Source: a virus
Taxonomy: Duplodnaviria; Caudoviricetes
Virus record (IMG/VR): IMGVR_UViG_3300045996_000773
Span: 1-54,595 of that record
Reading direction: 5' to 3' (one strand)
Length of the DNA stretch: 54,595 bases
Part shown: positions 36,787 to 44,096 of the stretch, piece after piece
Numbering within the stretch: position 1 is the first letter of the stretch
Layout of the letters: each line of letters opens with the position of its first letter
The notes under the pieces: model-generated
What the model saw: the letters and a program-made list of their open reading frames with translations, nothing else
Database searches by the model: none
Told to the model about the DNA's origin: nothing
Made by a program: the position numbers and the translations under genes

Positions 36787-37956
36787 TTGAATAAGATATC
36801 CTTTATTTTAAAGAACCCTAACACTGATCCCTCGGCAATATTACTGCTTTTTACCTGCTATGACGGAAGATTAAAATACTACACAGGTGAAAAGGCTGGA
36901 TCGAAATGGCCTGACGTGGACGACGGTACTGCGGCTCAACTGGATCGGATAAAACGGATCGTCCGTGAAATGCATGTCGATTATAAGATCAAAGGAGAGC
37001 CACTTACAAAGGCATTGCTGGCCTCTTCTTTGGATAAGGCCCTGCATAAGAAAAAGCCGACTTCTACAAATCTGTTTACCGCAATGCGCCAGGTAGTGGA
37101 GAAAATGCGAATTGGCGAAATACTTACCCCCGATAACAAGATTTACGCAAAAGGTACTATAAAAAACTTCAACTTTTCGATCGATGTTCTCGAAAAGTTC
37201 CAACCCGACATGACGATCAGAAGTGTATCGATCGACACTTATAAAAAATTCATCACCTGGTGCCAATCAAAGGACTATTCGACAAACTACATAGGCGCGC
37301 AGATCAAGAACTGGAAAACCCTGGGCCGCGCCATCGGCGGCAATCCGATCTTTGATGACGAAGAGTTTAAGAAAATACAAGAAGCCACTTCTGACGTTTA
37401 CCTGGATGAAAAGGAACTCGGCGCAATTATGAGGCTTAAACTCCGCAACCGGGAAAGCCTTGCTCGGGATTGGTTCATTCTGGACTGCTATACAGGCCTG
37501 CGCGTTTCAGATCTTGTAGTTCTCAATAAAAAGAACTACCACAACGGCTACATAACTATAGCTAATGAGAAGACGGGTGCAAAGGTAGTGATCCCTTCCC
37601 ACCCGATCGTAAAGAAAATACTGGGCAGGTACAAAGGTTTTCCGCCGCCAATTACCGACGTGGAGATAAATAGAACTATTAAGAAAGTTGCTGAAAAAGC
37701 AGGCATTACTGAAAAAGTTCTATTTACGATCACTAAAGGCGGCAAGCGTAAAGATTCTTATATGCAAAAATGGGAAATGGTGAGCAACCATACTGCCCGG
37801 CGCAGCTTTATTACAAATCTCAGGAAAAACGGAGTAGCTGATAGTATTGTGATGAAGTTGACCGGGATCCGGTCAGCAGCTACGCTGCAGCGCTATGATA
37901 AGTTGTCTGCTGATGAGGCAGCGAAAATTGCAGCAAAGCTGAAGTTTTTTAAATAA
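36787..37956 (+). CDS. int: Tyrosine integrase
   Basis: TGLRVSD, HTARRSF, LQRYD catalytic motifs; N-terminal arm-binding-like region. TTG 36787 preferred over 36763, which lies in the promoter/arm sites. Confidence 0.95.
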   Translation: MNKISFILKNPNTDPSAILLLFTCYDGRLKYYTGEKAGSKWPDVDDGTAAQLDRIKRIVREMHVDYKIKGEPLTKALLASSLDKALHKKKPTSTNLFTAMRQVVEKMRIGEILTPDNKIYAKGTIKNFNFSIDVLEKFQPDMTIRSVSIDTYKKFITWCQSKDYSTNYIGAQIKNWKTLGRAIGGNPIFDDEEFKKIQEATSDVYLDEKELGAIMRLKLRNRESLARDWFILDCYTGLRVSDLVVLNKKNYHNGYITIANEKTGAKVVIPSHPIVKKILGRYKGFPPPITDVEINRTIKKVAEKAGITEKVLFTITKGGKRKDSYMQKWEMVSNHTARRSFITNLRKNGVADSIVMKLTGIRSAATLQRYDKLSADEAAKIAAKLKFFK

Positions 37957-38269
37957 TTATTTTATCCCTCTTTAGAGTAGCCTCTAAGGTTCTTATAGTA
38001 TCTTTCAGCTGCGTCAGTGTATCAGCTGACTTCTTGAACCGCATTTCGTTATCCAGCCCAAAGATCCAGTTCACGTTTATCTTATACTTCACGGCAGCGG
38101 CGTGTATTTGCTCAATGGTAAAAGATTGGCTGCCGTTTTTTACCTGGCGTAAGTTACTTGGCTGAAAATTGATACTTTCCAGGAACTCTTTTTGCGTGTC
38201 ACACAGTTCTAGGTCCATGCAATGCCGCATTAGTAGCAGGATGCGCTGATCCCATACTTTTAGTTTCAT
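37949..38269 (-). CDS. XRE-like HTH regulator
   Basis: TQKEFLESINFQPSNLRQVKNG...INVNWIFG. Confidence 0.75.
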   Translation of the reverse strand: MKLKVWDQRILLLMRHCMDLELCDTQKEFLESINFQPSNLRQVKNGSQSFTIEQIHAAAVKYKINVNWIFGLDNEMRFKKSADTLTQLKDTIRTLEATLKRDKIII

Positions 38270-38312
38270 AATTATTTTAATTATTATAGCGCTAACTCAA
38301 ATAGCGTTCCAA

Positions 38313-38795
38313 TCATATCTTAGGCGGCACTTTCGAGAACATTTTTACCACTTCAGGTAATTGTTTAGGTTTTATTTCTACGAAGTGATTCACCTGGTAG
38401 CCTGTCTTCCTTTGTATAACTTCGGAAGTTTGTTCAAACGCCGGATCTGTGTTCTGGATCATAACAAACCAACCACTATCTTTAAAGTAGCTGCATGTCA
38501 GTAGCAAGCTTTTAGTTGTACGGGTGATCACTGTTTGACCGGCAACCTTGTTTGCTGTTTCTGCAGCAAAGAAATTTAGAGTTTGCACAACTTCAGCAAT
38601 TTCGCTTTGTGGTATGACCACAGCCCGTATGTCGTAAGACTTGTTCTGTGATATCGACACCGTGTACACAGTATCTGTCTTAGCGAAGGAAAAGTTTAGG
38701 CCCCCGACTTTTCCAAGTTCAACTACTGTTGTCGTTGTTTGGCCGCTCCCAAATTGGGAACAACCTAGAAGGATGAACATTATTGTTATTTTCAT
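38313..38795 (-). CDS. Secreted protein in the immunity operon (superinfection-exclusion candidate)
   Basis: Short hydrophobic N-terminus ending ...GSG|Q; co-oriented with the repressor. Confidence 0.6.
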   Translation of the reverse strand: MKITIMFILLGCSQFGSGQTTTTVVELGKVGGLNFSFAKTDTVYTVSISQNKSYDIRAVVIPQSEIAEVVQTLNFFAAETANKVAGQTVITRTTKSLLLTCSYFKDSGWFVMIQNTDPAFEQTSEVIQRKTGYQVNHFVEIKPKQLPEVVKMFSKVPPKI

Positions 38796-38936
38796 TTTAC
38801 AATTTAATTGATCTTATACAAGAATTTTCGTTTTCTTTTTTTCATTTGAAACTATTACCTTCGACCCTGCAGCCGTCAAAAAAAACCTGCCTTATGATGA
38901 CAACGAACCCAAAAGCGCAAACCTGCGCGAACTGCC

Positions 38937-39497
38937 CTAATCGTTTTGAATGCCGCCTACTCGCTTTTTCTTTAACTGTCCGTAAAGTTTATTGCGAACG
39001 GCTGCAGCACCCTCTTCTCTACTTTTCCAATGTTTCCCCATCCCGAGATCGACTAACAATTCCCGAAGCCCCCCTGCAATGGCATCGAAGGTTATCGGAC
39101 TTTCTACGGGAGCATTCTCAGATGTTAACAGGTCTAACAATCTCTTGTTGTTCTGTTCTCTGAGCATTTCCGCGTCGGCCCTGATCCTGTCAGCTGCAGC
39201 ATGTTCTTTATTGCTTTGCGACAAGTTGTAAATGGTCTGCGCCATAAGCGTCTCTTTCCCGTATTCGGGCTGCGGTTCGTTCAGGACCCGCGCCGGAACT
39301 TCTTTGGAACTTTCTGCATGAAACACTTCATAGAACTTTTTAATAAAAGCCTGGGAGGGTTCTTTTTTCCTATTTAAATACTCACTCACGTTCCCTTTGC
39401 TGAACCCTGTAGCCTGAGCTATAGCGGAAATGGGAAATCTTAACCCCAAATTTTCTAAGTCCGTGTAGAAATTTTCGATAATTTTTTGGGTTAACAT
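38937..39497 (-). CDS. CI-like repressor (HTH, no S24 peptidase domain evident)
   Basis: ISAIAQATGFSKGNVSEYLNRKKEPS; divergent from the early right operon; start 39497 or 39509. Confidence 0.8.
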   Translation of the reverse strand: MLTQKIIENFYTDLENLGLRFPISAIAQATGFSKGNVSEYLNRKKEPSQAFIKKFYEVFHAESSKEVPARVLNEPQPEYGKETLMAQTIYNLSQSNKEHAAADRIRADAEMLREQNNKRLLDLLTSENAPVESPITFDAIAGGLRELLVDLGMGKHWKSREEGAAAVRNKLYGQLKKKRVGGIQND

Positions 39498-39501
39498 TAG
39501 T

Positions 39502-39589
39502 TGTTGCATTTTTTGTTGCAAATAATCTTTCTAAAATAGTTCCATAAAAGTTTGGATAGGTTCTATTTTAGTTCTAACATTGCATTTCA
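39502..39589 (+). promoter_or_regulatory. Rightward early promoter/operator (-33 TTTG, -7 TAACATTG, three GTTCYA boxes)
   Basis: Alignable with the reverse complement of 2830-2915. Confidence 0.7.
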
Positions 39590-39619
39590 CTTTCGGGTCC
39601 GCATTAGTCTGAATAAGAC

Positions 39620-39627
39620 CAAATATA
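39620..39627 (-). promoter_or_regulatory. Candidate repressor promoter -7 box (TATATTTG)
   Basis: Perfect TAnnTTTG on the minus strand ~120 bp upstream of the repressor gene. Confidence 0.5.
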
Positions 39628-39746
39628 AGGAACGGAATTGATTTTTCAGGAGAGGCGGGAATTTAAGTGCCAAAGGAGTTAACGTATAGTAAATATACGA
39701 CTCCCGAAATTAAAAACAATACCACAAACAGGTAATTCTTAAAACA

Positions 39747-40013
39747 ATGAGCGAAATACTGGAAAAAATACTGAAGGGGCAAGAGAGAATCGATAAAAAG
39801 CTGACCGCTTTATTGAATAAGGAGCCAAAGCCGGAAAAGGAAACCTGGGTAAAAGTTTCATTTGTTGTTATGCTGACAGGGTGGAGTAAGCGAAAACTTT
39901 ACCAGGCAAGGCAGCAAGGAACTATTACCTACAGGAAGACAGAAGAAAAAGGTTTTGAGTACTTAGTTGAATCGATACCGCCGCAGTTTATACTGAACAA
40001 GATTTCTGATTAG
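39747..40013 (+). CDS. Excisionase/Cro-like DNA-binding protein
   Basis: First early right gene; WVKVSFVVMLTGWSKRKLYQARQQG resembles a winged HTH. Confidence 0.6.
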   Translation: MSEILEKILKGQERIDKKLTALLNKEPKPEKETWVKVSFVVMLTGWSKRKLYQARQQGTITYRKTEEKGFEYLVESIPPQFILNKISD

Positions 40014-40051
40014 AAGCGTGTTCTCATAATAAGGATAGCGTTAGTGACTCA

Positions 40052-40080
40052 GCCGCCTTGTTTCTACAGGGCGGTCCTTT
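40052..40080 (+). terminator. Hairpin (terminator or sRNA 3' end)
   Basis: GCCGCCTTGT-TTCT-ACAGGGCGGT; shares the 14-mer CTTGTTTCTACAGG with 36530-36543. Confidence 0.6.
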
Positions 40081-40096
40081 AAAAAAAAACTGAATT

Positions 40097-40240
40097 ATGA
40101 AATATAGGCCAAGCTACTTACTAATACTGATCGTTTTCTTACTCGCGCTATGGGCGCTATCATCATGCAGCAAACTCACCTGCCCTAGCAATACAAAAAA
40201 TTACGAGCCAAAATACAGAACTGCTAAAATGAAAGTATGA
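40097..40240 (+). CDS. Small lipoprotein (47 aa, below the ORF-track cutoff)
   Basis: MKYRPSYLLILIVFLLALWALSS|CSKLTCP; stop overlaps the next ATG. Confidence 0.65.
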   Translation: MKYRPSYLLILIVFLLALWALSSCSKLTCPSNTKNYEPKYRTAKMKV

Positions 40241-40539
40241 AGAACCTGACTAAACTCGAAAGACACACAGCGTATTTAATAATGCTAGAAGAGGCGGAGG
40301 ATCCAACAAGTTACAGTACTCTGCTTTACAGCCCTTGTCTCTGCGGGTTTTGCTATATGATCGGTGTTCTTTTCCGCATGGGTAATGGGGCTAGTGAAAC
40401 TATAATACGAGATTACTTCCCTGAATTGTATAAACGTAAGCCCTCAACTGCAGCTAATCTATTTTGGTTTACCCGTAATGAGGCAGGGTGGGAAGAAAGA
40501 AAGAAAATATTACTTGAATGCATAAACGAAACAGCATGA
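40237..40539 (+). CDS. Hypothetical protein
   Basis: 100 aa, ATGA coupling. Confidence 0.7.
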   Translation: MKNLTKLERHTAYLIMLEEAEDPTSYSTLLYSPCLCGFCYMIGVLFRMGNGASETIIRDYFPELYKRKPSTAANLFWFTRNEAGWEERKKILLECINETA

Positions 40540-40856
40540 AAAATATACAGAGTCACAGCGAATCATTTATTAAGTTCTTAATTATAGCAGTGGTACTGCT
40601 ATTCATCCTGGCTTGCTTCTTACCAGCGCCAGCTGAGGCGCAAGACTCAATCAGTCTTAAAGTGCAGCGGATCAGAACCGCTGATGGTAAATACCATATC
40701 TGGCTTAAAGATGAAAAGACCAGGAGGCAGTATGTAACAGTGTGTGAGTGTGATAGGTTGCCCGATCGCGTCAGAAAAGGTAACACTGTTATGGTAGCAA
40801 GAAACAGCGTCAGGGTTACAAAAGAAATCTACAAAGACAGCGAACTGGAATACTAA
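40536..40856 (+). CDS. Secreted or membrane-anchored protein
   Basis: Hydrophobic stretch followed by AEA|Q; ATG 40536 overlaps the previous stop. Confidence 0.65.
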   Translation: MKNIQSHSESFIKFLIIAVVLLFILACFLPAPAEAQDSISLKVQRIRTADGKYHIWLKDEKTRRQYVTVCECDRLPDRVRKGNTVMVARNSVRVTKEIYKDSELEY

Positions 40857-40867
40857 AACCAAAATAT

Positions 40868-41005
40868 ATGAATACCGAACCTATCATCTTCTCGTTTGCC
40901 GCTATTGTTTTTGTCCTTGTGCTTGTCGTTGCGCTAAGGAATAGAATGCATGAAAGAGATTTAAAAAGGCAATGCCGGGAAACGGACGAGAACAGCTACA
41001 GCTAA
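40868..41005 (+). CDS. Small single-pass membrane protein (45 aa)
   Basis: MNTEPIIFSFAAIVFVLVLVVALRNR...; fills the gap. Confidence 0.55.
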   Translation: MNTEPIIFSFAAIVFVLVLVVALRNRMHERDLKRQCRETDENSYS

Positions 41006-41037
41006 ACAATTTTTAATACTATAAAACTAAGCATCAA

Positions 41038-41388
41038 ATGGAATTTACATTATCCATCGGGTTTAACCCCGAAACACTCAAAAGGATCGACGCTTTCTTG
41101 CAAGCGATCAACAGCAATGCGCCTGCCGCAAAAGTAAAAGCTGAACCTGTAAAACAGGCGCTTGAAAAGTCGATCGCTGAAGGACCCGCAAAAGCAGCAT
41201 CGACTAACGGTAAAGCTGTCGTGATCACGCTTGAAGATCTTCGCAAGCTTGCAGCTGATAAAACCACCAGCAGCAAGGCAAACAAAGCCAAGTTCGCAAG
41301 CATGTTACAAGAGTACGGCGTTGCTTCTTTAAGCAAAGTACCGGAAGACAAACACGTAGAATTATTTAACCAATTAACAGAAATGTAA
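41038..41388 (+). CDS. Conserved protein that typically precedes DUF2800
   Basis: ITLEDLRK...LQEYGVASLSKVPEDK pattern and synteny. Confidence 0.7.
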   Translation: MEFTLSIGFNPETLKRIDAFLQAINSNAPAAKVKAEPVKQALEKSIAEGPAKAASTNGKAVVITLEDLRKLAADKTTSSKANKAKFASMLQEYGVASLSKVPEDKHVELFNQLTEM

Positions 41389-42617
41389 TGGCCGGACAAC
41401 ATGCCTTACTATCCCCTTCAGGAGCAAGTCGCTGGCTTGCTTGTACTCCAAGTGCAAGATTAGAGACACAATTTCCGGACAAAGCCGGTGACGCTGCTTC
41501 CGAAGGAACCCTGGCGCACAAACTTGGTGAACTACTCATCCAACAAAAAGCTGGTCAGATAAGCAAAGCCAATTTCAATAAGAAGCTGAAAGCGCTACAA
41601 AGTTCAGAAGCAGGTAAGAAATTCTATAACGCCGGTATGCATGAGTACTGCGAAGACTATGCAGTATACGTGATGGAAACTTTTGCAGCAGCTAAGTCAA
41701 GAACTAAAGATGCAAAACTGTTCCTGGAAACGCAACTGGACCTGACAGAATTTATACCGGAAGGTTTTGGAACTACTGATGTAAATATCGTTGCTGATCA
41801 TATCCTCGATGTGATCGATCTGAAGTACGGCAAAGGTGTTGAAGTATCTGTGGTTGAGAATAAGCAGGCAATGGTATACGGTTTAGGCGCCTTATCGCAA
41901 TTCGATCTCTTGTACGATATACACACGGTCCGACTGCACATCTACCAGCCACGTATGGATAATATAAGTGTATGGGAGATAGACGCCCTTGAACTGAAAG
42001 TGTGGGCGATGGATGAACTCATACCAAAAGCGCAGATGGCGTTTGCTGGTGAGGGTGAGTACGTACCAGGTAAACATTGCCAATTCTGCAGGGCAAGACC
42101 AACATGTAAAGCACATGCGGATAAACAGATCGAGATTTTTGACTACGATCTTAAAGCTGCGCGGTTGTTAACAGACACGGAAGTATCCGATATACTTGGA
42201 CGCGCGAAGGATCTCACAAGTTGGTTAGGGGAGTTACAGGACTATGCACTTGAACAAGCTGTGAATAACGGTAAGAAGTGGCCGGGGTACAAACTTGTAG
42301 CGGGCCGTAGCAATAGATTCTATACCGATCAGGAAACTGTCGCAACCAAACTAATAATGGCAGGCTTTCCGGAAGAAAAGATTTATAAACCGAAGGAACT
42401 GTTAGGCATAACCGAAATGGAGAAGACTATAACCAAAAAAGTTTTCAACGCAGAACTAAGTGATCTGGTAAAGAAACCTGAAGGTAAGCCAACACTTGCA
42501 CCAGTTGATGATGAAAGACCTGAACTTAATTCGGTAGATAAATGTGACGCTGATTTCGCAGAGGACCTGCCGATATATGACTTAGGAACAGTTTATGACG
42601 GAACAGGGCACGATTAA
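41388..42617 (+). CDS. DUF2800 family PD-(D/E)XK (Cas4-like) exonuclease
   Basis: HALLSPSGASRWLAC, GFGTTD, VIDLKYGKG, IYQPR, HCQFCRARPTC. Confidence 0.9.
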   Translation: MAGQHALLSPSGASRWLACTPSARLETQFPDKAGDAASEGTLAHKLGELLIQQKAGQISKANFNKKLKALQSSEAGKKFYNAGMHEYCEDYAVYVMETFAAAKSRTKDAKLFLETQLDLTEFIPEGFGTTDVNIVADHILDVIDLKYGKGVEVSVVENKQAMVYGLGALSQFDLLYDIHTVRLHIYQPRMDNISVWEIDALELKVWAMDELIPKAQMAFAGEGEYVPGKHCQFCRARPTCKAHADKQIEIFDYDLKAARLLTDTEVSDILGRAKDLTSWLGELQDYALEQAVNNGKKWPGYKLVAGRSNRFYTDQETVATKLIMAGFPEEKIYKPKELLGITEMEKTITKKVFNAELSDLVKKPEGKPTLAPVDDERPELNSVDKCDADFAEDLPIYDLGTVYDGTGHD

Positions 42618-42628
42618 AAATATTTATA

Positions 42629-42709
42629 CTGCCTGCGGGTGCGGGTCGGTTTGCAACCAAAGGGATTAAGTGATCGCAAACTAAATCCTGGCCTGCACAC
42701 CGCAAACAG
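42629..42709 (+). ncRNA. Candidate structured cis-regulatory RNA upstream of the SSB gene
   Basis: GTGCGGGTC/GGCCTGCAC closing stem; crossing pairings GGTTTGC/GCAAACT and GGGATT/AATCCT. Confidence 0.5.
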
Positions 42710-42754
42710 TAACAGAACGAAATTTTATTCAATCAAATATTAAAACTATATCAA

Positions 42755-43354
42755 ATGGCAACAAAAGATGCAACATCAAAACCCATTACGCAAGTAACTA
42801 CGAACCTGATTAGGCTTAGTTACGCAAGTATTTGGAAAGCTACAGCAGTTGAAGAGGGCAACGAGCCTAAATTTTCTTCTGCAATCCTGATCCCTAAAAC
42901 TGATACTGCAACGCTCGAAAAGATCGATGCCGCTATCGAACACTTAAAAGCTGAGGCAGCAAAAAAGTTTGGCGGTAAGAGTGGCAAACTGCCGGTGAAA
43001 TTCAAACTGCCACTGCGCGACGGTGATGAAGAGAAACCCGATGACGAAGCTTATGCAGGACACTACTTCCTGAACGCATCAAGCAAACAACAGCCTGGTA
43101 TCGTAGGTCTGGAAAGAGGACCTGACAACAAGCTGAAGCGCATCACTGACGAAGCTGAAGTGTACAGTGGTTGCTATTGCAGAGTGAGTCTTAACTTCTA
43201 CATCTTTGATGTAAGTGGTAACAAAGGAATAGCTGTAGGACTGAATAATATACAGAAAGTAAAAGACGGCGAACCTCTCGCCGGTCGCAGCAATGCCGAT
43301 GCTGATTTCGATGATGAGTATGAAGGTGAAGATGGCGACGGAATGCTGGATTAA
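42755..43354 (+). CDS. DUF2815 family single-stranded DNA-binding protein
   Basis: RLSYASIW, PLRDGD, YSGCYCR, GNKGIAVGLNNIQKVKDGEPL, acidic tail. Confidence 0.92.
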   Translation: MATKDATSKPITQVTTNLIRLSYASIWKATAVEEGNEPKFSSAILIPKTDTATLEKIDAAIEHLKAEAAKKFGGKSGKLPVKFKLPLRDGDEEKPDDEAYAGHYFLNASSKQQPGIVGLERGPDNKLKRITDEAEVYSGCYCRVSLNFYIFDVSGNKGIAVGLNNIQKVKDGEPLAGRSNADADFDDEYEGEDGDGMLD

Positions 43355-43427
43355 AATTTTTTTTGCAATTGTCCATAACCATTCGGGTCGGCTTGTCCAG
43401 GCTGGCCCTTATTAAAACTTTTTATTC

Positions 43428-43514
43428 ATGGCACAAGTCATATTCAACCTATTTGTCGCTGCTAGTTTAATACTACTACTGATCAGGGTTGGTAATCTTG
43501 AAAATAGAAAATGA
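43428..43514 (+). CDS. Tiny membrane peptide (28 aa)
   Basis: MAQVIFNLFVAASLILLLIRVGNLENRK; stop overlaps the next ATG. Confidence 0.4.
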   Translation: MAQVIFNLFVAASLILLLIRVGNLENRK

Positions 43515-44077
43515 GAAACCACTATCAAAGAACTAAAGACGCAGGGCGTCAGATACCGTATCCCGACTATAACAAAATTAGAAGAGAACGTAAAAAACAA
43601 CTGAGGGACCTTCTAAAAGACAAAGACGAAAACGCTAGAACTTACATACTTGCTGACGCCTTGCTACCAGGGGTATATAAAATCGGAAAAAGTTCTAACC
43701 CTACCAGCAAAAGGGAGCTTACGTTAGAAGCACAAAAACCCTCTATAGAATGGCTATACGTATTAAATCGAAACGTGGAAAAGGAGCTACATGCCAAGTA
43801 TGAAAACAAAAATGTTCGAGGCGAGTGGTATAGATTAACCCGGAGGGAACTAAAACAAATATTAAAAGATTATGGTTTTGAACTGGCAATGACACCCAAC
43901 CTACACAGTCTGACAAAAATAGAAAAAATTAAATGGTGCAGAAAAAAAATATACGAGGAAGCGATGCTATCAAATGCCGAGGATATCCTTTTTAGGTACT
44001 ACCTGCAATTAGAATACGTAAAGCACCTTGAAGTTAAAATTGAGCAGTTGACGCCGAAAGTTTTATCTATCGAATAA
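43511..44077 (+). CDS. T5orf172 / GIY-YIG-like domain protein
   Basis: TYIL...YKIGKS...EKELHAKY...RGEWY. Confidence 0.8.
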   Translation: MRNHYQRTKDAGRQIPYPDYNKIRRERKKQLRDLLKDKDENARTYILADALLPGVYKIGKSSNPTSKRELTLEAQKPSIEWLYVLNRNVEKELHAKYENKNVRGEWYRLTRRELKQILKDYGFELAMTPNLHSLTKIEKIKWCRKKIYEEAMLSNAEDILFRYYLQLEYVKHLEVKIEQLTPKVLSIE

Positions 44078-44096
44078 ATAAAAAAACCACTACAAT

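Noticed and set aside
4934-40013. Genome-wide TAG recoding
   Set aside because: Long genes are intact under the standard code and tile tightly; other TAG stops (11738, 21892) are followed at once by TAA.
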